Below, piece after piece: positions 25,641 through 38,039 of a stretch of 64,000 bases of DNA. The notes beneath the pieces are model-generated. The model worked only from the letters and a program-made list of their open reading frames with translations, ran no database searches and was not told the DNA's origin. The stretch is taken from contig JBITNC010000001.1 of the NCBI GenBank assembly GCA_050084985.1, positions 141,174,001 through 141,238,000 of the forward strand, read 5' to 3'. Position 1 is the first letter of the stretch. Every line of letters starts with the position of its first letter. This DNA is from Nageia nagi (taxonomy: Eukaryota; Plantae; Pinophyta). The position numbers were made by a program, and so were the translations under genes.

Positions 25641-28600
25641 AGATCAATACTATATAGCCAAAATATCCTCCTAGGGATGAAGTTATCATCAGAAATATGA
25701 ATTCAAACTTCACTCCCCTTGAGGGCAACTTCAATAACCCAATAGATTCTCTAAGCTTGCAAAAATGGGCTTCAGAAAGGGATTTGATGAACAAATAAAT
25801 GAAATTTAAGATTAATAGAATATACTACAATTGTAAGATACCATCCTAAACCTTCTCCCTAATAAAATGGGCTTGGATTTCTAAATGCTTTATTCTTTGA
25901 TGGAAAATAAGATTCTTTGCCAAAGTAATAACTAATTGATTATCTAAATAAATATGAGATTTGTGAGCCTAATCATATCCAATTTCTTTCAAAATATGCC
26001 TAAACCATATAGATTCCTAGGATGCAATTAACATTGCTCAATATTATGCCTCTATGGTGGAGAGAGCAATAGTAAGTTACTTCTTGTAAGCCCAAGAGAT
26101 AGCACCTGAACTAAGAATCTAATTTTCTATCATCTCTATCTCTCCCGTAGTCAGAATCTAAGAACCCTGAGAGAATAAATGAGAGCTACTTGAGAGCAAA
26201 ATTCTTAGTTCTTGCAATATACCTCAATATTTGCTTAATAACATTGAGGTGCTCAACATACAATTTTTACATAAAACCTGTCATAAGATTTACTGCAAAG
26301 ATAATATTTGGCTTAGAGATAATCAAATAAACAAGAATACCAATTAATTACCTATAAGCCATAAAATCAACCAACTGAGAGTTAGAGCTAAGAGATAACA
26401 TGATTCTAGGAGAGTCTATGATTACCATAGGTTTGCATTCTTCCATTCCAAACTTTTACAAGATATTTGAGATATACTTAGACTAATTAAGGTATAAGTA
26501 CTATCCTTGTATTGATACACTTGCATAATAAGGTAGTAGTGCAAGAGACCAAGGTTAGTAATTTCAAAAGTTGCCTTGAGTTTGGATTGCACTCTTGAAT
26601 GATATCAACATTATTTATTGTTATCAAAAGAGCATCCACATATAGAATAATCAAGACCAAGTCTTGCCTCTAATTGAACACAAAATCCAATATCCTTAAA
26701 GTATCATGAAATATTTTTATACCAAGATCTAGGTACTTACTTAAGTCCATACAAGGTCTTCTTTAACTTGAACACAAAAGACTCTTTGCTTTCCATAACA
26801 AACCCTTCTAGTTGGTTCATGTAGATCTCCACATCGAAGTCACCATTGAGAAAGGTAATCTTAACATCAAGTTAAAAAACTATCCATCCTTGAATTGTTG
26901 AAAGAGCAAGGATTAACCTAATTGTAGGCATCTTTTTTACTAGAGCAAAGGTTTCCTCATAATCAACTTTAAATTTTTGAGCAAAACCTTTAGCTACTAA
27001 CCTTGCCTTATATTTCTCTAATTTAATTAAATTTGACCTTGAAGATCCATTTATTACCAATCACATTCCTCTTATTGGGATAGGAAATCAAATTCCAAGT
27101 TTGATTTTTCATTAAAGCCTCATACTCCACTTTCATCGCTTCCATCCAACACTCATGCTTTGAAGATTTCTTGAAGGACGGGAGATCAATTTTGCTATCA
27201 ATTTTGGCAAGTAAAGATTTGTTTAAGATCATGATCCTTGTTATCCTTTATGTTGGAGAATTTTTCTCTTGAGGTGACTTATCTACATTGATACCCATTT
27301 AGTTAGGTGCAATAAAGGAGTACTCAAAATCATCCAAGTCCTCGTAAGATGTAGATTCCTCAGGAAGTTTATTGAACTTTACATCTCTTAAGACTAACAC
27401 TACTCTAAATGAAGGAGAGTAGAGCCTGTAGCCTCTATGTTGATTATGATAGCCCATAAAGATGCACTTTTCAGATCTCTTATCCATATTCTTTCTTTTC
27501 TCAAGAACAAAAAAGGCATGAGCATCACAACCAACAATCCTAAAGTGAGAGATGTTAGGTTTCTTTCCCATCCATGCTTCATACATAGTTTTACATTCAA
27601 TTGCTTTTGTAGAATATCTATTTAGAGTGTAGATTTTAGTACTCATAACTTCACCCCATAAGAAGCTAGGAAGATTTCCCAACATACACCTCACCATTTC
27701 TTAAATGGTCCTATTATTTTTTTGATAATAGCATTTTACTGAGGGGTATAAGGGATCGTGAACTACCTCTTGATCTCATGTTTGGTACAATAATCATTAA
27801 ACTCATTGCTATTACACTCGCCCCCATTATCAGATCTTAGCACCTTAATTTTGAAGCTAGATTGATTTTCAACCAAGGCTTTGAAATATTTAAACCTATC
27901 AAAGGTTTGATCCTAGTGCTCTAGAAGATAACCAAATGTCATCTTGTTGAAATTTTCAATGAAGGTTAAGATAAAATATGCTCCCCTAAGTGATTTAGTT
28001 AAAAATGGACCCATCAAATAAGAATATGCAAGTTAAAGAGGTTATGTTTCCATTGTTGCCTTATCTTTCTTAAATTTTTGCCTATTCATTTTGCCTAGGT
28101 TGCACTTCTCACAAAGGTCAATTATAGGTGATATCGAACGCAAACCTTCCACAAGTTCTTGATCTTTCATAACTTGAATACTCTTGTGATTAAGGTGGCC
28201 TAATCGATGGTGCCAAATATTTCCCCTTGAACAAACATTTGTAGTAAGGCACATCTTTGTTGGAACATGATCCATAATGTAGAGATCATCTTTCACTGAT
28301 CCTTGCACCAAAGTGGCAAGTCCTTTCTTCATGTACCAAGAGTGTTAGTTGAACTTAAAAGAGTATCCTTTCCAAAAAACTTAAATTATGGAAAGAAGGT
28401 TGATGGTGAGATGAGGTACATAAAACACGTTTTTAAGAACCTTTCCTTACAATAACACATTCTCAATACCTTGGACTTCAAGGACTGAATTATCACTTAT
28501 CACAACTACATCTTTTTTATACTTATGAAAAAATTCAAACTTAGCCTTTTTCAAAACACATGTGATTAGTGCACCCAGAGTTAATAATCTAATCATTTGA

Positions 28601-30888
28601 GAAGGTGTGAGACTTAGAGTAAAAAGCACAAACATAAGCAAAATTCTTATTCTTCTTATTACCCTTAAAGTTGTTTAATTTTTTATATCTTTTGCCACCT
28701 TATTCTTTCCTTGTTCTTGTATCAATCAAATTCTCTATGACTATATATACCACAAAAATTATAATTTCCATCAAACTTGGCTTTGGATTTGCTTAACTTA
28801 TCATGCACATTCTACTTTTTGTTTCCACCTTTCTTGAAATCCCTTTTTGAAGCATTGAAAGACTTCTTTTGGTTATTGAACTTCTTTTTGAAGTGAGTCT
28901 TCACTAGTCCCAGTACCACAAAATGCTCCTTAGGAGAGGGGATCAACAACTATTTTCTAAGTGTTTCCTCATATTTCAAGAGAAGCCTTAAAAGATTTTC
29001 TAAGGAGAATACTTCTTCTTCATCATCGAGCCTCGTCTCAATAACTTTCAAGAAGTGACTAAATTTAGTGCAGAGGCTTTGAAGTATGATGAACACCATA
29101 AACTCATCATTGATCTAATTGCAACCACACTCAATAAGTTTGGTCTTAAGGTCAATAATCTTGTTTATATATATTTCCACAATTTCATTTTTCTCTTGAT
29201 GTGATTGTAATAATTTTTAGAGAATGGTGAACCTTATGGAGAATTTGGTAGCAAGTTAGATTTTCTTCAACCTATCCCAAGCTTTCTTTGAAGAGTTTGA
29301 AGAAGAGATCATGAGAAGGACTTTGTTTGAAACTGCATGAAATATCATGGAGGTTTCCAACTCATTCTTAGTGTTGTAATACTCAAGTGCCTTCTCATTT
29401 TTTAGAGCAACTTGGATTTTATTTAGGATCTACCACACTTTTCATACTTAGAGTTTTGCTTTCATCCTAAGTTCTCAAATACCATAGTTCGAACCATCTA
29501 GGATGTTCTTTGGTGAAAAAGGGTCTCCCATTTGCTACAAAAGAAGATGGACGTGTTAACCAATGTAAGCATGCCAAATTCATCAACCATACATATTGAA
29601 TTTAATCATAAATCAATCATACATGTTGAATTTTAACCAAAGGTAATCAAAGCATGCTTAAATTGTTAATCAATTTCACATGTGCAAAAGGTTAAAATAT
29701 CCTCAAAACATATTCATCCAACATTTTGTCATATAACTAAGTAATATAGTTGTAGAGAGGGTAAAGTTGAAGCTTATTTTCATATTTAAAATTAGGTCTT
29801 CACCTGGATACCCGTAAGGTGGAGCCCAGGTCCTACTAATCCTCAACCAGTTTATCTTGATTAGCAATATACTCTCACAAGGAGTATTAGTTATTTTTCA
29901 AGATTGTGATGTATGTTGGATCGACCAAATTATTATCTTGATTAAGTTTTTAGTTGTCCTAAATTATCAAGATAATCCTTGAATGGACAGACATACATGT
30001 GGTATCACTACATACATGCATGTCCATCTATATGGAGTTGTATTCAAACCAATAAAAGGACAAACTTTTCACCACTTGGATCGATGGACTAGAAGGCTCC
30101 AGTCTACCTTGTCCTCACCTCATGGCTCCTTAAATAAGTCATGTTGCAGAATAAAACATGCATATGTGTTCATTTTAGGGGAAGCACTTTCAATGTTTAT
30201 GATATTTACAAAAAACATAAAGTAAAAGTGCGTAAAATAAAGTGCTTAAAACATCATATAAACTTCAAACTTAAAAATACATCATCCAACATGATACTTA
30301 AAAGTGAAATTTAAGAGTGTCCAATGGTTTTGTCACAACCCCAAGAGGACCTCTTTACAAAAGTTGCATAAGTTTATTAAATCAAGGTGTCCTCCCCCTT
30401 TTTGCTAAAACATTCATTCAATAAAAAATATATATACTTAGCAAGATTCCCCATTTTACAATAATACTATCTAAAATACCCTTTTCAAATAAACTCCCCT
30501 TTTTTGAAAAATTACTTAAGTAAAACACTTAAAAAATTGCTCTTTTTCAAAAATTAACTCCTCCCCTCTAAAAGAAACAACTCCTTATAAATCCTCCTCC
30601 TTTAAAATATACCATTTTTAATAATATAAAAAGGCTCTCCAATTTTTTTGACAAATTTCCACTCAAGTAATAAATGTGGACAAGTCACTTTCTACATTAA
30701 AATTGTAAATACAATAAACATACTGTCTACAAGTAACTTATTTCAGTTTCTCCGAGATCTCATCTCATTATAAGAGAGGTAAAGTAAGTTTCATTAAAAA
30801 GGAAACAAATACACCACTAATAAGATTTAGTACTTGTAAAAATATTTATAACATAGAAAAAAATAAAAAAATAATTATTATATACCCA

Positions 30889-31484
30889 AAATAAAATGAA
30901 GAGTTGGAGGGGCTACTGCATGGGCAACTGAGTGAAAGTGGAAGAGGGGTACAAAGGAGAGGCGATGAGAGGGAGAAGGCAACTGTAGGATGGGGTGGGT
31001 GCTACATAGTGAAGTCCTAGAGCGCATGGCTTAAAGTGTTGTTGGTTGTAAGGCCTCATGAGGGTGGATAGGCATCATGGCATAACAACAGAGATAATGT
31101 TTGTTGACAGTCACATTATGGTAAGGTTTTGGGGTAAACAGAGTGGGTAGTTGAGCGGTTGAAATATGGGTGCATGGTGTAAAGCAGGGAGGCAGGTGGT
31201 GTCGACGACGTGTGAGTAGTAGGGGAGTCGACACATCGACGACTAGAGGATTGGCTCATGGGTACTAGTGCATCGCAGTTAAGCCACTTTTGATGTTGAC
31301 CATGAGGCAGTAGGGGAGTCATCACATTGATGACTATGTCATTGTTATGTGGTGCGGTAGGAGGCAAGGGTGGCCTAGATGAGCTATAGTTTTTATTACT
31401 ATTTTTTAATATCAGGTCGGGGGGACGGTAGGTGCTGGTTAGCGGTGCCAAAGATGGAGTTGTAGCCCCTTTCTCATTTTATTT
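30889..31484. mobile_element. GC-rich segment bounded by an imperfect inverted repeat (possible MITE/MULE-derived insertion)
   Basis: aaataaaatga...aggggctac (30889-30916) vs gtagcccct...tcattttattt (31462-31484). No TSD recognised. Confidence 0.35.
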
Positions 31485-32595
31485 AAAAAAAAAACTTTAT
31501 AAAATAGTTAACTGGTTCTTTATATTTTATAACCCTTTAACTACTATATAATAAATGTTCATTTTAAATATAGATATAGTTTAAATTTTTTTAATGGAGC
31601 CCCCTTTTTTTTATGAACATTTGTATATTTAAAATAAGGATTTTGATTTACTACTTAGCATTTAAAAAGTATAATGACTTATATATATATATATATATAA
31701 GGAATGCCACACTAGTTAAGTGTATGTCTCTTTACTAGAAGGTTCTAGGTTTGGATCACTCTATTTGTTGTAGTACTTATCACACATGCATGATTGATTC
31801 GAATGTAAAAAAAGTTCATGATCATTTCAAAACCGTTTCTCTTACCAAATATAAAAATGAATCTCTCATTTTTTTTTAAAATTTTTAAAACCCCTTTTTA
31901 AATTTTGTAAAAAGGTACTTAAACTCCTTTTACATGTTCTACCATGTAGGGATGAAGAGATTTGAATACGAGCATCCCATGGAGCATTTCCATTAATTTA
32001 TTTTATCATTTACTATTCAAATATAAATATTACTAATTTTGATAGTAAATCTCTTATTATTTAATTAGTAGATCAACTATTGGAATGAAGGTTCACAATT
32101 TAAATTTGTCTTACACAAGTAAACTACAGAAGCATCTCATTTGCAAATAAACATATATATGAAAAATCAATAGTTCACATATCAAGAGCCCTTAGCTTTC
32201 ATTTTAATGGTCATCTTGTCAACTTGTTAATATCTTTAACATGCATATTTTATTTTCTCCAAATAATTATCTTGTGCAATTTTTTCTCTTATCTTTTTGG
32301 GTATATATTTAAAAAATCACAGCTAATCATTGATATCTTCTCTAACTTGAAATTATCACACACACACATATATAAGCATTCCTTCCTTTTTTCTTTAAAT
32401 ATTGTTAAACTCTTTTTAAATGTCAAAGAAAAGTATTTTAATTCTTTTATATGTTATACCATATAAAGGTAAGGAGAATTGAACCTATGCCTTATATGTG
32501 GAACATTCTCATTAATTCCCCAACTACCTTGAAATTAACACCCTCTCATATTCCTATGATTAATTTGATTGAAAATTTAGTGCTACTATCACTGA

Positions 32596-32680
32596 TTTCA
32601 TTTTAACATTATTTAAATCTTGATTTAAACATTCATTTATTTCATTTTAACATTATTTAAATCTTGATCTAAACATTCAT
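32596..32680. repeat. 44-bp tandem duplication upstream of the CpG island
   Basis: tttcattttaacattatttaaatcttgat(t/c)taaacattcat occurs twice. Confidence 0.9.
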
Positions 32681-33582
32681 CCATACATTTCAACCATTCA
32701 AGCAAAATCTTATTAATTTTTATTTATAAATAGTAGTTATTTCATTTTCAACTTTAAACCTCATTTTATTTATAAGTGGATGTTTAAACCTCGTGGAAAA
32801 AAAGAAGGTCCAAGGTAAAAAAGGAGATCCAAGGTTCAAAACTCTCCCCTTCACATGCATATTGGTTTTCAATAGATGTGGATGTGACCAAATACAACTT
32901 TTGTGTAATTCCGAAATGATGAACTACCATAAATTTTTTTTAATTATTTATTTATTTAACTTATTTTTTCATAAAATAAAAATATCAATTATTATCAATT
33001 GCCCTAATTTCTTACCTTATTTATTTTTCACACGATACACCGTTGGTAATATTTTATATTTACTCTTGGACAAGTACAAGTAAAATGATTTTCACTTGAC
33101 AATAACAGTCCTCTCCACGTAGCTACGAATATTTGTAGCCTGTTTATTCGGACTAAGAAAATACAATTCTAATTTCCTAATTAAAACTTATGACTGTTTG
33201 GCCTCCAGAGGTGAGAAACGAGAGCGTGAGTGCAGGAGTAGGAAGTGGAGAACCAAATCCATCGCCTCAGCAAATCCATTGCTAAATATAGCTAGGGTTT
33301 ATTACACCTCCACATCCTCGAAATTCAAGGAACAACAATTGGAGGAGGCGGTGGTGGTGGCGGCGGCTGGTTTACTGTGGTGGCTGTTCCAGTTTATTTT
33401 AATGTTTTACAACGGAGTTGTAATTTCATTTCATTACGCATAATTTTTAAACCACGTTCTACGGGCGCTTCTCCTCCTCGTAAATATTTTCTCGTGCCGG
33501 CGCGACGGGAAGAAATAGAGAGCGAGAGAACGAAAGATTCGGAGCAACGAAACCTGCGACGAAGGAATCACAACCAAAGGTG

Positions 33583-33651
33583 ATGGCGGACAATTTACAA
33601 ATTCTTCATCCGAGGCAAACCCTGCCGCACATCTGCTCGCCTCATATCTAA
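33583..33651 (+). other. Upstream ORF MADNLQILHPRQTLPHICSPHI*, whose stop overlaps the next ATG (TAATG)
   Basis: ATG at 33583, TAA at 33649-33651. The next ATG at 33651 begins MDPTP, ending at the splice donor at 33665. Confidence 0.5.
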
Positions 33652-33992
33652 TGGATCCAACTCCGGTGAGTAAATGCCTACCATTTCTCGCAGCTATGTT
33701 TTTGTAAACTCTTCTTATGGCTGGATTTAACGGTTTCTCTGCTATTCTTGTCTATCTTTATGGAGAGTCCTTTAGCTTTGTAGAAATGTCGGCCGCGGCT
33801 GTTTTGCTGCTGGTTGTTTTGGAGAAAAAAACTGAGTTCTTGTTTCGAGTCCCAAAGATTTAGAGTTTTGTTGCGTCCGGTGGTTGTATGGCGAGAATTT
33901 ATCGCTCTCTTACGACGGCTGGCTGTTTTGACGGAGTTTGGCATGGAATTTGGAGTTTTGAGGTAAGTCCTTTGTCTGTGTGAGTGGCGGAT

Positions 33993-34090
33993 GTGTCTCG
34001 CCTTGGATGCGCGGCTGTATTTTTTGTGTTGTAGACGGAAAGGTGTCTCGCCTTGGATTCACGGCTGTATATTTTGTGTTGTAGTCGGAG
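33993..34090. repeat. 50-bp tandem duplication in intron 1
   Basis: gtgtctcgccttggat...cggctgtat.ttttgtgttgtag at 33993 and 34043. Confidence 0.9.
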
Positions 34091-35489
34091 ACGCTCTGCG
34101 TCACGGCGGTTTCGAGTCCGCGGCGGCCATTTAGATGTAGGCCTGTCCGGGGCTTGTGTGTAGAAGTTTAAATAGGACGAAGATCCTCGTTATTTTAACG
34201 AGCCGTAAAGATTTTGAGGTTGTTAGGCCGGCCCAAGTTTTTCGGCGCCCGCGAGAACGGCAGGCAACCGGCTTGGACGGGACGACGTTTACTTCGTCTT
34301 CTTGTGCGGCTAAGTGTTGTTTCGAAGCGCGACTGAAAAATCACGATAAAAATGTTGAAGATCACGTAAAGGAATGCTGAGCTGAATGCTTTGAGCGCGA
34401 ATCCGCGAAATTTGAGAAGGAGTAAGTCTCGGAGGGATTCGAACCTGCGCTGTTATTGAAAAGTAAGTTGCAAGTAGGCAATGGATGGAAGGATCGTAGA
34501 TTTGTTTAGGTAGAAGAAGAATCTCCGAGAGGCAGGTTGGCGAGGCTCTGATTCCTCCGGCGATGTATCTTGTCCAACGCTAGGCGGAGCTAGTTTTCCT
34601 TGGGGAGTAGTATTTTTCTAGGACTATAATATGACATTTTGTTCCCGTCTGTACAAAGCACTTGTCCGTTCCCGTACCTCTGAGGCACCGCTGCAATCTG
34701 AGTTAGTCTTCCGAGAAACAGTAGACGTATACGGACTACGACAGAACATTCATTTAGATTTCAATTATTTAGAAGTTTCGCCTGCATCGAGCCTACAGTG
34801 GAGAGAGTAGCTGGGGTATCTGTAGCGTTTACTGTAATGAGCATGTTCCATGGGTTTTTAATTCCTAATTCAAACTAAAGCATAGAGCAAAAGCAATTTT
34901 GTAAGTTCTAATGGTTGGTACTAGGAATTCCCATGTTGCTGTGGTTCGCTAGTTAAGCTTGGTTTTAGAGCAGACATTACTTTCAAAACCCACAATGTCT
35001 GTGGTTGTTTACATGGAGAAAAGAAAGGTGTAGTGGTGTGGGACGGTTCTCCCATGTATCATCACCTATGCACCAGGGGATGTTACTTTGACCAAATAGA
35101 AATGGTAGTTACGCTGGAATTACTCACCGGAAGAAAGTTAATACGGTGTCTGACGGGCCATGAATTCTGTGGGGAGAGTGTATTCGCTTTTTTGGACTTG
35201 GCAAGGCATGCCACACTTGGTCAAATTTGGTAGCAGAACTCTTGCAAACACGGGGAAAAGTTTTGGCCACTCTAAATGAGATTTTTGACATATAAGTGAG
35301 GGATGTTTTTCTCTCTGACTTGTAGGCTAACAGATTCTTGGAGATTTGATCCATTTTAACTTGTTTTGGATCATCTTACACAAGAACTAAGCTCTGAATT
35401 ACATGTAGAGTTGCATAACTGTGCTTCAAGGCCATTGTTTTATCTTGTTTTCTGTGTGTGATTCTATTGTGTCTGGAATCAACCTAACA

Positions 35490-37010
35490 AAAAAAGAGAA
35501 TAAAAACAAGCTGAAAAGACAGCTACGAACTGTTACAATCCTTTGCTTCAAAGAGCTGCAAAAACATTTTTGAGCCAAACCAACTTTCAACAGTCGCTTT
35601 CAAAAAGAGATTTATCCACCAGTTGTATCCAACAGACTATGCCTATCAACCTTGATACAATTTTCTAAGATCTAACCGTTTTCTTCCCATTTAAGTTAGA
35701 CTCCCTTGCCACAATTAAAATTAGATCAGAAGGGAAATCATTCGGGGGAATCCATCTCTTATGCTCTTCTTTAAGAGTTCCCCAGTTTGCGAGCCAAGCT
35801 GCAGCACTGTTTCCTTCTCAAAAAACATGGCTAACTTCATATTCTTTAAAAGATTCTAATATTTGAAGGGTGTCCTGAAGTATCCTTGTCACCTTCCAAC
35901 TTAATTTAGCTTTCTCTTTTAGGCAACTAATTATATTCAGAGAGTCTACCTCCACCAACAATTTCTTTACCTTGATATCCTTTGCTAATTTAACACCAAC
36001 ATGAACAACTCTTGCTTCACCCAAATGGTTGGTCATTTCTTCAAAAAATTCTGCAAAAACACCAACCATACACATTATTTCTAATAACACCTTTCCAGGG
36101 TTTCCTTTAGAGGTGTCATCAAGATTAGTTTAAACCAATTTGTTTTCAGAGGTTACCATTTGTCATCTCTTTTTTTTTGAAGAAATTCATGCCTGAATTG
36201 GTTCAAGTGTCCATCTAACAGCCAAAGAAGCTTTCTCATTATTTGTTGTTTTATTCTCCAACTTGATGATGACTAAGTTATCCAAAATTGCTCCTTTAAC
36301 GGTTATTTCTGAAAATAGATATTTTTTCCTCTAAATATCTTCCTTTTTGTTTCCAACCTAATGCCCGGGGCATAATGAAATGGAATGATGTCCCATATTG
36401 CATTTAATCTTCTGCTTGTAAAAGGCCTATCTCACTGCTGCAACCTATCCAACATGTTGTTTGGGAAAACCCAATGAATTCCTATTATAGAGTACTTTCA
36501 TTCTAAAAAGAGATGATACACATATTATTCATTAGATTCACAAAGAACACATCTGCTAAGTAGATGAAAATCTTTTTTCTTCAGATTGTCCACAGCGAGA
36601 ATTTTATTCTGAAATGCTAGCCAAAGGAACATAGCAAATTTATGGGTAGCTTTTTTACTCCATATATAATTCCAAGGAAATCCTCCCTCTAAGTTCAATC
36701 ACAAGAGTGTCATAAGCCGATTTATATGTAAAAAAACCATTGGCACTAGATCCCCAAACAAGAGAATCTTTGTCCATTGTGCAACTTAAGAAATAAGATT
36801 TTAGTTTGAAATTAAGCAACCTAAAAGCCTCTTCCTTTTGGGGGTTGCTGTCTTTCAATTTTATTTATTCTACACTTGGATTTTTTCTTACAATATAATC
36901 TTGAACAATACAACCATAGTGCATCTCGACTTCATTTCTAATTTTTGATAGTTTGTTGTCTTTACACAATGGATAACTGTCCAACCAAGCAACCTCCCAT
37001 AAAATGTACT
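35490..37010 (-). mobile_element. 5'-truncated L1-type LINE 3' fragment (zf-RVT and RNase H), intronic, antisense
   Basis: WEVAWLDSYPL, DSLVWGSSANGFFTYKSAY, WLAFQNKIL..DNLKKK...RCVLC, KTNLDDTSKGNPG, TNHLGEARVV...LLVEVDSLNII...VSHVF*EGNSAAAWLAN. Confidence 0.88.
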
Positions 37011-37315
37011 TCAGTTCAAGTTTCAAATTTACAAAAGTAACATTATGGCACAATATTTCACATAAAAATTCTATTGCAATGTTTGTTGTGTGTATACATT
37101 GTGTTTCCCAAAATGACCAAGGGGAAGCATGGATTGATGATGTGTCTTGAGTTTGCATTCCCATGTTGAATGTTTGTGTCGTGTTGTTGGTTCTTGGAGT
37201 TGCATGATGTGTTTTGGGTTTGGATGTGGTTGGTGCAGTGGAGATGCATGGTGCCCTTAGCCCCAATTGCATATTTGGCTAAAAGACATAATTGTTGACG
37301 ACACTTTATAGGTCA

Positions 37316-37387
37316 GGGGTGTGTAGCAGTTTGGTTAGCACCTTAGCTTTTAGAAAGAAGGTTGGTGGTTTTGATCCCACATACTCC
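37316..37387 (+). mobile_element. tRNA-derived sequence (SINE head or tRNA pseudogene)
   Basis: A-box-like tagcagtttgg, B-box-like ggttttgatccc and acceptor-stem-like pairing ggggtgtg/catactcc. The anticodon arm is not canonical. Confidence 0.5.
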
Positions 37388-37444
37388 TTGTGGTAATTGT
37401 TGATTGCCCTATGGTGGTTCACTTGGCCCACATCTAGTCCAAAT

Positions 37445-38039
37445 CAATGTTCGAAAGTTCGCTTCTCTCCACTAATTGTTTTCTTTGCTGAGGAGATTAA
37501 TTGGCGATTCGGCAAAAGTTTGGCAAAAAATAATGCAGAAAAAATATATCAGCAGTCATTTAATTTTTTTGTTTTAAATATTACAACAGTCTTTGCTATT
37601 GCAGCAGTTATTACAGCAGTCATTTGGTATTACAACAATCACTTGCAAGATCGGATTTAAATATTACCAAAACACATTACAAAAACACAGTCATTTGCTA
37701 TTACAACAATCTTGAAAACTGAAAAGTAGATCCTATTTTCTATTACCAAAACACCTGATATTGCATTATAGATGGGGATGACATGTTTTTCGTATCAAAA
37801 TACTGCATAATGCATAGACTGCATACTAACATAGTGAGTACATAAATTTCAAATACATTTGGCAATGTTTCTTTAATTTTTGCAAAAAACAAAAAATCCC
37901 TCAAAAACATCAAACATCTGAATATCTGGCAAAATCCGAATATTCTCCAAGATGCAATTTTTTCCGGATTTTTGGTGATTTTTCGTTTTCCCCTTCAACT
38001 GTGATTAATTGCGGATAATTGCAGGTTTTTAAATCTTTG
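37445..38039. mobile_element. hAT-family MITE (595 bp)
   Basis: Perfect 8-bp TSD gtccaaat (37437-37444 and 38040-38047). Imperfect TIRs caatgtt.../...aatctttg. Confidence 0.85.

Larger units (their letters stand above)
24354..29531 (-). mobile_element. Degenerate Ty1/copia LTR retrotransposon; 5' LTR/PBS not found
   Basis: gag starts MGDPFSPKNILDGSNYG (ATG 29529-29531). Protease INSGCTNHMC (~28560-28590), WHHRLGHLN...CEKC, integrase IKVLRSDNGGE, RT KYKARLVAKGFAQ...DYEETFA and YVDA (~26635), RNase H IKHLEIQAHFIRE. PPT aagggggag at 24897-24905. Confidence 0.92.
33100..34800 (+). promoter_or_regulatory. CpG island / promoter and 5' end of a host gene; telo-box (TAGGGTTT at 33293-33300)
   Basis: Sharp rise in CpG and GC content against a CpG-depleted background. 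5' splice sites CCG|GTGAGT (33665) and GAG|GTAAGT (33962). Confidence 0.8.

Noticed and set aside
34045-34130. tRNA gene (T-arm-like gcggtttcgagtccgc followed by ...cca)
   Set aside because: No acceptor stem, D-arm or A-box can be built.
33198-34380. ORF-track ORFs in the CpG island as proteins
   Set aside because: They are short, several start at non-ATG codons, they lack recognisable domains, and such ORFs are expected in GC-rich leader or intron DNA.
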